Positions 38,401 to 46,722 of a stretch of 64,000 bases of DNA are shown here, piece by piece. The position numbers and the translations under genes are program-made. The notes beneath the pieces are model-generated. The model ran no database searches. It was not told the DNA's origin and worked only from the letters and a program-made list of their open reading frames with translations. The stretch is from the IMG/VR virus record IMGVR_UViG_3300027747_002427. One strand, written 5' to 3'. This DNA comes from a virus. Taxonomy: Duplodnaviria > Caudoviricetes. Numbering within the stretch: position 1 is the first letter of the stretch; each line of letters opens with the position of its first letter.

Positions 38401-39493
38401 TTTTCAAAAAATTTCAGTCGGTGGTCTTCCTGTTGTAAAATTCTCTTGCTCTGGTGATGGTGATAGACAGAATTTAGTATCTTGTATAGCCATGACCTCT
38501 AACGGTCAAATATGGACTTGGGGATACAATGGATGGGGTCAGTTAGGATCCGGAAATAATGTAGCCGTTTCCATTCCAACGGTTAGAAGTAGTTTAGGAA
38601 CTGATAATATCAATGTATTCATGAATAGTAATCAGTGGGTATCATCGTCATTCGTATTAAAAGCAGATGGCACTGTTCAATCTTGTGGATATGGTGATTG
38701 GGGACAACTTGGTCGTGGTGATTTTACTTCTAAATCAACATTCGGACCAGTATTAAAAGCTGCTCTTACAAATTTAACAAATGTCAAAGAAATACACGGC
38801 AATAATGGAGGAGCCGGTGCTCGAGGACAAACATATTTCTTATGTAATGATGGTACCTTATGGGGTACAGGTGATAACCAATATGGTTTCTTAGGTTTAA
38901 ATGTTATTGGAAATAAACAATACGCAACTCAGATAACTAGTTTAGGTACAACTGTTCAAAAATTTAGAACAACTAATGTACCCGGAGGGCACCCTTCTAG
39001 CTATGCTTATGTTGGTACTAAGATATATAGTTGGGGCTGGAATAACTATGGTCAATTAGGAGACGCTTCTAATACAGACAGAGCCTACCCTTCACAAGTA
39101 TATGCGCCTGGTATTTACTCTAACGGTCCTAGTCTAACATATGTTTCAACTGCGTTAAATTTTTCATTCTCCGATATCAAAGATATAATAGCTAAAACTT
39201 ATGGGTTTGCAATATTAACAACAGACGGAAGAGTTTATGCTTGTGGTTATAATGGTTATGGTCAAACAGGGCAAAGTACAAATTTCTCTTCTCATAATAG
39301 ATTATTATATGTAAGAACTCCTAATGACGATGCAGCCTCTGTAGCATTTTATGGATCTTCTTCTTACTTGACTCTTAGTATCATTACAAGAGAAGGAAGA
39401 GTTTATAATTGTGGTTACAATGGCCATGGAGAAGTCGGAATAGGCGATACTTCAAATCAGTATTTCTCTCCAGTTGAAGTTTATAGATTTTAA
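35471..39493 (+). CDS. Long tail fibre: Cys/Gly 15-residue beta-roll repeats and C-terminal RCC1-like propeller
   Basis: VGIGT..P...L.V.G fibre repeats; S.I.GG..N 15-mers; GTGYGSAPNVSI...GRGYLEDP repeat; WGYNGWGQLG/CGYNGYGQ.G RCC1 repeats. Confidence 0.82.
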   Translation: MRPISKYHRQNHHTYTSDTNPDAGHDPIASYDNPFRGDFVLTGALSAIVPPTSAYAAVFLGSNVGVGTGSPNQLLTVAGNVSASGDLNVDGDLALQGSFLTNSDLRANKNLFVTNNIYGLGSLSVSQGASISRALTVTATASAYTSSFMGANVGIATIVPKYPLHVNGNTWTQGNAYVTGNLFLSGGVISSTTEMISSRGLDIVNYSGSTTTLMLRQSGYQPMFVAMAQAATAFYIDGDVTGGFVGIGCTAPNANLTVNGNISSSSTIWTTILSANGINLVNGQANDFKSPSIFIGENLNNSISGFNIKYDELVDKLVVTTVFGTTPSISSIVITNTSNIGINTPNPNAVLTINGDISANNRIIAGYNNSASNCSSVLGGCNNNADGANSFIGGGVTNLSNGTHSVVLGGCINCSPGDSSSVTGGKLNCATGNFSHIGGGCSNVSSGCYAALGGGFDSTASGNYSFVGSGYQNTASGKNTSVVGGKANTASACYSFIAGGNSNTSAYCNTFILGSNLTASSKDYTYVNNISSQGAVCGTYYGDGSLLTGIHACGSPFTTGSTLSSIKPFDGCNCVTAAGCFSSIGGGRCNCISQTHSTISGGYNNKIANACSVIAGGRLNCITSTYSFIGGGISNRADGSTNAIIGGSNNCATSDAGNSFIGGGYYNIVDANYTVIGGGTNNCTGCTSSVVAGGSINCAMGCFSIVAGGCSNTANQNYTGILGGCCNTTNHQNTFILGSNLTTAQANYTYVNNLSSQGNIVARTLTVNKDINVTGFVKNRPRKAMVSGTVRAIFIKTGGTGYGSAPNVSISAPTDTTDTEQATAHAIIQNGKVVNIVIDNPGRGYLEDPTINIVGGGGGGAAAFAIATIGGHAYYNNRYSHATGILGEASSQTDQTRLYVAGFNYYGSLPTGYYGTSYNSSPVSVAISDSDLNVNEIVKYWMPGDRMYVLDSTGTLWGTGINVHGELGVGTTIHQTSFQKISVGGLPVVKFSCSGDGDRQNLVSCIAMTSNGQIWTWGYNGWGQLGSGNNVAVSIPTVRSSLGTDNINVFMNSNQWVSSSFVLKADGTVQSCGYGDWGQLGRGDFTSKSTFGPVLKAALTNLTNVKEIHGNNGGAGARGQTYFLCNDGTLWGTGDNQYGFLGLNVIGNKQYATQITSLGTTVQKFRTTNVPGGHPSSYAYVGTKIYSWGWNNYGQLGDASNTDRAYPSQVYAPGIYSNGPSLTYVSTALNFSFSDIKDIIAKTYGFAILTTDGRVYACGYNGYGQTGQSTNFSSHNRLLYVRTPNDDAASVAFYGSSSYLTLSIITREGRVYNCGYNGHGEVGIGDTSNQYFSPVEVYRF

Positions 39494-39528
39494 ATCATAA
39501 CTTAAATTTTTTTGAATAAATATATTAT

Positions 39529-41439
39529 ATGCCTGATATTACCTCCGATAGAGTAAAATTAATTGTAAGCTTATACAATTCTGATCCATTAAACGGTACG
39601 GAACAAACCGCTATAGCTCAGGCTGGAATTACAAAAAAGACTTCTATAGCAGATATAGGAATTTATACTAAAACTTTAGATTATGCCACTTGGGTTTATG
39701 CCAACACAGCTGGTGTAGCTATAATGGAATCATTAACTGGCAATTGGAATAGTGTTTATAGTTCTGTAGTAGGTGCTAGTGGTGGATGGAATTATGCTTA
39801 TAATAATTTCATGGCTCCTTATACATATGTTACAAATTTAACATCTAATAAGGATATATTAAGCCCTCACATCACTTTAGGTACACCTATGTCAGCAAAA
39901 TATGTTGATTATTCTCCTTTAAATATAATTGATGCCAGTACACTTTCTGTATTTGGTTCTATACAAAATACAGTACCTAGTGCTAGTGCAAGTAGTGATT
40001 TGTATATAGCAAATGATACTGGCTTAGATTATTTGGATATTGGTGTCAATAGTAGTCAATATGATGGTACTAGATATAGTCCAGCATTTGATATTGTAAA
40101 GGCTAATGATTCATATGTTTATACATTGACTGCTAATTTAGCTGTCGGTACTGGTACAGCTTATGGAGATCTTCTTCTTTTCACAGGAGGCACTCAGGCT
40201 TCCAATGAAAGAATGAGAGTAACTTCTACAGGAAACATAGGCATAGGTACTTCAACTCCTAGCAGTAGACTTTCTGTTGTAGGTGATATTAGTTCTAATG
40301 GAATTATTACAGATCTAAAAGGAAATAGTAATAATTGGAATAGTGTTTATAGTAAAGTTAATTCCACAAGTGCTAATTGGGATTCTGTTTATAGTTCCTA
40401 TAATGGAGCTAGCGGCAAATATGAATCCGTTTATAGTAAAGTTAATACAACAAGTGCTAATTGGGATTCTGTTTATAGTTATGTAAATGCCAATACTGGT
40501 AATTGGAATTCTGTTTATACTTCTTATAATAGTGTTAGTGGCAAACATGAATCCGTTTATAGCTATGTAAATGCTAATACAGCCAACTGGAATAGTATAT
40601 CATTCTTACAATCTGCTTCTGCTAATAATGCTTCTGTTTATAGTAAAGTTAATACAACAAGTGCCAATTGGAGTGATGTTTATGATTATGTAAATGCTAA
40701 TAAGGTCAATTGGAATTCTACATATTTTGGAGCATCTGCATCAGCTGATGTATATAGTGCTGTAAGTTCTCTAAGTGGTAGTTGGAGTTCTGTTTATAGC
40801 AAAGTAAGTTCTACAAGTGCCAATTGGAGTTCTGTTTATAGCTATGTAAATGCCAACACAGGTAACTGGAATAGTATATCTTTCTTACAATCTGCTTCTG
40901 CTAATAATGCATCTGTCTATAGTAAAGTTAATTCTGCAAGTGCTAACTGGGATTCTGTTTATAGTTATGTAAACCCTAACACCGCTAATTGGAATAGTAT
41001 ATCATTTTTACAATCAGCTTCTGCTAACAATGCCTCTGTTTATAGTAAAGTCAATAATACAAGTGCCAATTGGGTAGATACAAGAACAACTGTACAATCA
41101 TTTAGTACACAATGGATAGGCAATGTTCTAGCGCCTCTTAATATTCAATCTGGAACCTCTTATACATTTTCAACTAATGATTCAGGATATACGATTTGTT
41201 CCACAAACCTAACAACTGGTTTGACAGCTTCCGTAGGTACTGGAACATATCCAGACGGATTCCAAGTTACTTTATTACAACTCGGTACACAAAGAATTGC
41301 TCTATCTGGAGGTACTAATGGTATAACTATTAATCAAGCAGATGGGTTATTGAAAACAAATAAACAATATTCAGCAGCAACTTTACTTTATGCTGGTTCT
41401 ACTGGTGGATGGATCTTATTTGGTGACCTAGGAGCTTAA
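39529..41439 (+). CDS. Tail fibre with 14-residue SANWxSVYSxVN stalk repeats
   Basis: N-terminal NGTE..IAQAGITKKTSIADI module; ERMRVTSTGNIGIGTSTPSSRLSV; C-terminal SGTSYT...L.QYS.ATL....WILFGDL tip; TAAATA 6 nt upstream. Confidence 0.82.
   Translation: MPDITSDRVKLIVSLYNSDPLNGTEQTAIAQAGITKKTSIADIGIYTKTLDYATWVYANTAGVAIMESLTGNWNSVYSSVVGASGGWNYAYNNFMAPYTYVTNLTSNKDILSPHITLGTPMSAKYVDYSPLNIIDASTLSVFGSIQNTVPSASASSDLYIANDTGLDYLDIGVNSSQYDGTRYSPAFDIVKANDSYVYTLTANLAVGTGTAYGDLLLFTGGTQASNERMRVTSTGNIGIGTSTPSSRLSVVGDISSNGIITDLKGNSNNWNSVYSKVNSTSANWDSVYSSYNGASGKYESVYSKVNTTSANWDSVYSYVNANTGNWNSVYTSYNSVSGKHESVYSYVNANTANWNSISFLQSASANNASVYSKVNTTSANWSDVYDYVNANKVNWNSTYFGASASADVYSAVSSLSGSWSSVYSKVSSTSANWSSVYSYVNANTGNWNSISFLQSASANNASVYSKVNSASANWDSVYSYVNPNTANWNSISFLQSASANNASVYSKVNNTSANWVDTRTTVQSFSTQWIGNVLAPLNIQSGTSYTFSTNDSGYTICSTNLTTGLTASVGTGTYPDGFQVTLLQLGTQRIALSGGTNGITINQADGLLKTNKQYSAATLLYAGSTGGWILFGDLGA
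40327..41075 (+). repeat. Tandem coding repeat, 42-nt/14-aa unit, including three near-identical NWNSISFLQSASANNASVYSKVN copies (40585, 40864, 40987)
   Basis: Visible at DNA level, e.g. TGGAATAGTATATC..TT.TTACAATC.GCTTCTGCTAA.AATGC three times. Confidence 0.85.
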
Positions 41440-41440
41440 T

Positions 41441-41566
41441 ATGTTAAGAAATATAAGTTTTGGTATAGATGCATTATTGCAGCTTAAATCTAGATTTTTT
41501 CTTTTATTAACTCCTAGTGGTTCTGGATACCTTCTTCAAGAAGATGGTTCTAAGATAATACTTTAA
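41441..41566 (+). CDS. 41-aa microprotein ending GYLLQEDGSKIIL (not in the ORF track)
   Basis: ATG 1 nt after the upstream stop; TAA 4 nt before the next ATG; fills the gap; LLQEDG..I.L is a motif I recognise from phage tail-associated proteins. Confidence 0.7.
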   Translation: MLRNISFGIDALLQLKSRFFLLLTPSGSGYLLQEDGSKIIL

Positions 41567-41570
41567 AGAT

Positions 41571-42896
41571 ATGGCAGAATTAAGAATAATAAATTTACCA
41601 TACAATACAAATCCATCTTCTTCTGACATATTACCAGTTATAAAAGTTAGTGATGGATCTACTACCAAAGTTACAATTGCCAATGCCGTTGCGTCCTTAA
41701 GTAGTTTACCTTTACAAGCAGCAAATTATGTTTATGTACCAATTACCAACAATGCGGTTACTAACGGGAATAATCTTATAGCGGCATATACTTCAGCCAA
41801 GACTTTAACTCCTAATGGATCTTCATTAAGTTCTACAAATAGAGTTTCTATTATTGTCCCACCGGGCAAATATGATTTAGGAACTTCTTTTCTTACTCTC
41901 GATACAGAGTATATAGATTTGATTGGATTAACCAAAGAAGCTAGTCATGTTATTATAACATCAGCATCCATAGGTCAAACCATAAACCAAACTGCTAATG
42001 ACGTCCGTTGTATAGGGTTTACAGTTAAAAATACTAGTGCGTTTGAAGCTTATGCATTTTCTAGTAATTTAAATTTAGCTTACTGTGAAAATATAATTTT
42101 CGGTTCTATTTATGCTGGTGTTTTATCTGGCACATTTAAAAATTGTACATCTACAACTCTTAATTATCCAAATGGTGCTTATTGTGCATATGGCGGATCT
42201 GCTGCTGGTAAATTTATAAATTGTAATGGAATAAATTCTCAACTATTGAGCGGTGGGTTTGCAGGAATAAGTGGCACCGCTCCTGGAATTTTTATTAATT
42301 GCACAGGCTCTAATACTGGAGGTAATGGTGGTGGATTTGTTGGCAATGCTGGAGATGCTTCAGGAACATTTACTAATTGTAAAGGATTCCACACTGGAAG
42401 TAATCTTGGTGCTGGGGGATTTACAGGTTATGGCGGTTACGCTTCTGGAATATTTATTAATTGTATCGGAAAAAGTGAAGCAAACAACTTCGGTGGGGGA
42501 TTTGCTGGTCGTTATGGCTATGCTTCTGGTACATTTATAAATTGTACTGGTACAAATACTGGAGGTAATGGTGGTGGATTCGTTGGCACTGCTGGTATTG
42601 CTTCTGGAACATTTACTAATTGTATAGGAAAAAATACTGGTTATGCTGGTGGTGGATTTGTAGGAGCAAGTGGCTCGGCTAGTGGAACTTTTACCAATAG
42701 TTTAGGGATTGATGAGACATCAGGAGGAGGTGGTATTGGTGGTTATACTTCAATCATAAAAGGGCGTTTTATTAATTGTAAATTATTATATGACACAAAT
42801 TTTCCAACTCTTACGAATTCCGGAGATTCAACCAAACCAGCTTGTTATATAAATTGTTTAGATAATTCCGGCAAACTAGTTAATGGGAGTGCTTAA
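41571..42896 (+). CDS. Fibre/spike paralogue 1 with F-x-N-C-x-G/GGF(V/A)G beta-helix repeats
   Basis: MAELRIINLP...DILPVI....TTKVTI N-module; 26-aa repeats such as ASGTFINCTGTNTGGNGGGFVGTAGI. Confidence 0.78.
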   Translation: MAELRIINLPYNTNPSSSDILPVIKVSDGSTTKVTIANAVASLSSLPLQAANYVYVPITNNAVTNGNNLIAAYTSAKTLTPNGSSLSSTNRVSIIVPPGKYDLGTSFLTLDTEYIDLIGLTKEASHVIITSASIGQTINQTANDVRCIGFTVKNTSAFEAYAFSSNLNLAYCENIIFGSIYAGVLSGTFKNCTSTTLNYPNGAYCAYGGSAAGKFINCNGINSQLLSGGFAGISGTAPGIFINCTGSNTGGNGGGFVGNAGDASGTFTNCKGFHTGSNLGAGGFTGYGGYASGIFINCIGKSEANNFGGGFAGRYGYASGTFINCTGTNTGGNGGGFVGTAGIASGTFTNCIGKNTGYAGGGFVGASGSASGTFTNSLGIDETSGGGGIGGYTSIIKGRFINCKLLYDTNFPTLTNSGDSTKPACYINCLDNSGKLVNGSA

Positions 42897-42907
42897 TAAG
42901 TAGATTT

Positions 42908-45055
42908 ATGGCAGATACAAAAATATCTAATTTAACTTTAAATTCAATACCATCTCCTGCAGATATATTACCTATTGTTAATAATAATGTAACCAAAAAG
43001 ATTTCTTTATCAGACGCTTTTAGTATTTCCGCATTCGGTAGTAAAACAAATTATAATTTATTAGTAATTTCCAATAATAATATATCTAATGGAACTAAAC
43101 TTTTAAATGCTTATGCAACAGCCAAAACTCAAACTCCTAATGGTTTACCTTTAAGTTCTTCTAATCGATTTGTAATTATTCTTCCACCAGCTAATTATGA
43201 TTTAGGATCCTCTTCTTTAAATTTAGATACACAATATATAGACATAGTAGGATTTACTAGAGATCCTAAAGGTACTATTATAACATCTTCTAATTCATCT
43301 AGAACTATAAATCAAACTGCTAATGATGTTCGTTGTGTTGGATTCTCAACAAATAATACAGCACTTACAAACGGTACAGGGGTTATTTTAAATAGTAATT
43401 TAAATTTAGCATATTATGAAAATATAATTTTTAATTCTATATCTTCAGATATTTTATCAGGTACATTTAAAAATTGTACAAGTAATAATTGGGATATTGG
43501 TATAGCTTCTGGAATTTTTACAGACTGTATTGGTATAAATTCCATCGGATTATCTGGAGGTTTTACGCGTAATGGTGGTATCATATCTGGTTTATTTACT
43601 AATTGCACTGGCTCTAATACTGATACTGGTTTTAAAGGAGGTGGATTTGCCGGATCTAGTGGAAGTTGTAATGGTACATTTATTAATTGCACTGGAATAA
43701 ATACAGCAAATTATGGTGGAGGGTTTGCAGGAAGCTCCAGTACATCTTCTGGTACATTTATAGATTGCACTGGTTCAAATAACGACTCAGCAACTTATGG
43801 CGGTGGATTTGCCGGATGGTATGGAATAATTTCGGGAACTTTTTATAATTGTAAAGGTTCTAATAACGGAGCTCAAGGCGGTGGTTTTATTGGACTATAT
43901 GGTACATTAAATAGCAATTGTTATAATTGTATAGCATCTAACTCTTACGATGCATCTAGTGATTGGGGTGGATATAGTTCTTCAATTTCTGGAACATTTT
44001 TTAATTGTACTGGTAGTATAGGTAACACCGTAAAAGGTCGTTTTATAAATCATAAAACTACATATTCTTCTTTTCCATCTTTGGTTAATGGTTTTTATAT
44101 TAATTGTTTAGATGGTTCGGGTAATATTGTTAATGGAAGCAATACATCTCCTTATACTATTAGTTACCTATTAATAGGCGGAGGAGGTGGCGGAGGTTCT
44201 TCAGGAGGAGGCGGAGCCGGTGGAGTTATAAGTGGAACTACTACATTAAATTATGGGACAAGCTATGGTGCAACAATTGGTGCCGGTGGTGCCGGTGGTG
44301 TTTTTATTCAAGGTGCTTCTTCTTATCAAGGTAAAGGCACCCTAGGACAAAACTCATCTTTTGGCAATTTAGTAGCATATGGCGGAGGTACCGGAGGACC
44401 AACCAGAAACAGTAATTCTTCATCCGCTGATCTAGCAAGTAAGGGTAGTGGTGGTGGAGCAGGTGGTGGTATTATTGCTGATGCTCAAGGCCTTATTTAT
44501 CCTGGTGGAAATAGTGTTGTTGCATCGCGACAAGGTAATGATGGAGGATCATCTGGTAATATTATTTACAGTCCTGGAGGAGGAGGAGGAGGTGCTGGTG
44601 CTGCTGGAGGAGACGCCAATGGTGGCGGTCCTGGTGGTACTGGTGGTGCTGGTATAGTAAATCCAATTTTAGGTTCTAAAGTAGGTGTATTAGTAAATGG
44701 AGCTTATTGGATTGGCGGTGGCGGCGGTGGTGGTACTAATTTTACTGACAATCTTGGAAACGGGGTAGCAGCTGCCGCAGGTACTGGGGGGATTGGTGGC
44801 GGTGGTTCTGGTGGATATGGAAAAGCAACTAATGCTAGTGTAGGAAAAGATGGCGTTCCAAATTCAGGTGGTGGTGGTGGTGGTGGAGCAGGAAATTACT
44901 CCGCCACTATTGGTGGGTCAGGTGGATCCGGAGCTGTTGTACTTTCTATACCTACGGACTATTATAGCGGAATCACAACTGGTTCTCCAAGAGTAACTGT
45001 AGTTGGATCTAATACAATATTAGAATTTTTAAATTCAGGAACTTATTACGCTTAA
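42908..45055 (+). CDS. Fibre/spike paralogue 2 with added C-terminal Gly-rich domain
   Basis: MADTKISNL..DILPIVNNNVTKKISL; same repeats; then YLLIGGGGGGG...GGSGAVVL...NTILEFLNSGTY; TAAGTA 5 nt upstream. Confidence 0.78.
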   Translation: MADTKISNLTLNSIPSPADILPIVNNNVTKKISLSDAFSISAFGSKTNYNLLVISNNNISNGTKLLNAYATAKTQTPNGLPLSSSNRFVIILPPANYDLGSSSLNLDTQYIDIVGFTRDPKGTIITSSNSSRTINQTANDVRCVGFSTNNTALTNGTGVILNSNLNLAYYENIIFNSISSDILSGTFKNCTSNNWDIGIASGIFTDCIGINSIGLSGGFTRNGGIISGLFTNCTGSNTDTGFKGGGFAGSSGSCNGTFINCTGINTANYGGGFAGSSSTSSGTFIDCTGSNNDSATYGGGFAGWYGIISGTFYNCKGSNNGAQGGGFIGLYGTLNSNCYNCIASNSYDASSDWGGYSSSISGTFFNCTGSIGNTVKGRFINHKTTYSSFPSLVNGFYINCLDGSGNIVNGSNTSPYTISYLLIGGGGGGGSSGGGGAGGVISGTTTLNYGTSYGATIGAGGAGGVFIQGASSYQGKGTLGQNSSFGNLVAYGGGTGGPTRNSNSSSADLASKGSGGGAGGGIIADAQGLIYPGGNSVVASRQGNDGGSSGNIIYSPGGGGGGAGAAGGDANGGGPGGTGGAGIVNPILGSKVGVLVNGAYWIGGGGGGGTNFTDNLGNGVAAAAGTGGIGGGGSGGYGKATNASVGKDGVPNSGGGGGGGAGNYSATIGGSGGSGAVVLSIPTDYYSGITTGSPRVTVVGSNTILEFLNSGTYYA

Positions 45056-45064
45056 ATATAACAT

Positions 45065-46381
45065 ATGGCTAATACAACTATTATAGATTTACCAACACTT
45101 ACATCTCCTACAGCAGATGATGTGTTTCCAGTTGTTAATGACGGTATAACAAAAAAAATCTCTTTAATAGATGCTCTCAATACTACAAGTATAGCTACTA
45201 CAACACCCAACTTTGTATATGTAACAACTAGTGATAATGTAATAACAAATGGGACTAATCTTCTTAAAGCTTATACAAAAGCCAAAACATTATCTCCAAA
45301 TGGATTACCTTTAAGTTCTTCTAATAGAGCAACATTAATATTAATGCCTGGGACTTATGACCTCGGTTCTTTCTCTTTAAATTTAGATACTCAATATGTA
45401 GATGTAGTAGGATTCTCTAGGGATGCTAGTCATGTTAATATTATTTCTAATAATAGTGACCAAACTATAAATCAATCTGCTAATGATATTCGTTGTATAG
45501 GATTCACAATCAAAAATAATGGTTCTGGAATAAGTGCTATTGTTGGAAGTAATTTTACTAACTTATACTGGGAAAATATAATTTTTGATATGTTATATTC
45601 TTTTAATGTTTCTGGAACATTTGTTAATTGCTCTGGAACTAATTCAAAAAATGGTCAAGGGTCTTTTGGTGGTAATTTAATTGGAACTTTTATTAATTGT
45701 TCTGGATCAAACATAGGAAATAATGGAGGAGCTGGTGGATTTGCTGGAAGTAGTGCAATTTTATCTGGAACATTTACCAATTGCAAAGGCATAAGTTCTG
45801 GTAGTAATAGTGGAGGTGGATTTGCTGGAAGTGGTTCTACTTTATCTGGAACATTTACTAATTGTTCGGGGTCAAATTCTTGTGATAATGGTGGAGGTGG
45901 ATTTGGTGGTGATAATTCCATTATACAAAATGCAGTCTTTACTAATTGTTCTGGGAGCAACAGTGGTAGTGGAGGTGGCGGATTTGTTGGAATTAATGGT
46001 GGAGTGTCTGATAGTATTTTTTATAATTGTCAGGGGTTTAATTATGGATTAGCTGGTGGTGGATTTGTTGGTAAATTATCAATTTCTATTGCTGGAACTT
46101 TTTATAATTGCACTGGTTCCAATACTGCTACTTGGGGTGGAGGTTTCTTTGGATATCAAACTAGTAATAATGCTTATTTAAATGCTTGTAAAGGATCTAG
46201 CTCTGTTTCTGATGGATATGCTATAAGCGGTTATTTAAGCAACTACAAAGGCCAATATATTAATTGTATTGTTTCTGATCAGAATTTACCAACATTAACA
46301 AATTCCAGAGACCTAGGTAATCCAGCTTGTTTTGTTAATTGTATAGACTTGTATAATAGACTTGTAAACGGAAGCGCTTAA
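45065..46381 (+). CDS. Fibre/spike paralogue 3
   Basis: MANTTIIDLP..DDVFPVVNDGITKKISL; same body; ends CFVNCID..RLVNGSA like paralogue 1; TAAATA 6 nt upstream. Confidence 0.78.
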   Translation: MANTTIIDLPTLTSPTADDVFPVVNDGITKKISLIDALNTTSIATTTPNFVYVTTSDNVITNGTNLLKAYTKAKTLSPNGLPLSSSNRATLILMPGTYDLGSFSLNLDTQYVDVVGFSRDASHVNIISNNSDQTINQSANDIRCIGFTIKNNGSGISAIVGSNFTNLYWENIIFDMLYSFNVSGTFVNCSGTNSKNGQGSFGGNLIGTFINCSGSNIGNNGGAGGFAGSSAILSGTFTNCKGISSGSNSGGGFAGSGSTLSGTFTNCSGSNSCDNGGGGFGGDNSIIQNAVFTNCSGSNSGSGGGGFVGINGGVSDSIFYNCQGFNYGLAGGGFVGKLSISIAGTFYNCTGSNTATWGGGFFGYQTSNNAYLNACKGSSSVSDGYAISGYLSNYKGQYINCIVSDQNLPTLTNSRDLGNPACFVNCIDLYNRLVNGSA

Positions 46382-46389
46382 TATAAATA
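46382..46389 (+). promoter_or_regulatory. T4 late promoter TATAAATA
   Basis: Exact consensus 9 nt upstream of ATG 46399. Confidence 0.65.
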
Positions 46390-46398
46390 TATAATAAC

Positions 46399-46722
46399 AT
46401 GGAAGAAAAAGATTTTACTCTTAGAGACGGTAAGTGGGTTCAAAGAACATATGCTCAACCTACACCTCAACAACAATTAATTCTTAATACAGCAACTAAT
46501 TCAGAAGGAGAAATAAATCCAGAAGTTTTAGAAGTATTTAAAGAAATTCAAAAAACTCAATTTATAGCTGCTTCTAAAGAAGATGCCGCTAGATTACAAG
46601 AAATATATGATGCAAATTATTTAGCCGGTTCAGACCACATAGATGTTGATATTACTCTCCCAGACGGAAGAGGTATCATAAATTGTCGCTCTGGTCTAGA
46701 ACATAAACAAATTAGATTCTAA
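46399..46722 (+). CDS. Hypothetical protein, possible fibre chaperone
   Basis: 107-aa ORF after the three fibre paralogues; TAATG coupling to the next gene. Confidence 0.65.
   Translation: MEEKDFTLRDGKWVQRTYAQPTPQQQLILNTATNSEGEINPEVLEVFKEIQKTQFIAASKEDAARLQEIYDANYLAGSDHIDVDITLPDGRGIINCRSGLEHKQIRF

Noticed and set aside
40327-41075. CRISPR-like array
   Set aside because: The units are degenerate, in-frame protein-coding repeats with no constant repeat plus unique spacer structure.
40327-46381. Possible diversity-generating retroelement template/variable repeat pair among the fibre repeats
   Set aside because: No reverse transcriptase is in the window. The repeats are in-frame internal duplications whose differences are not confined to adenines.
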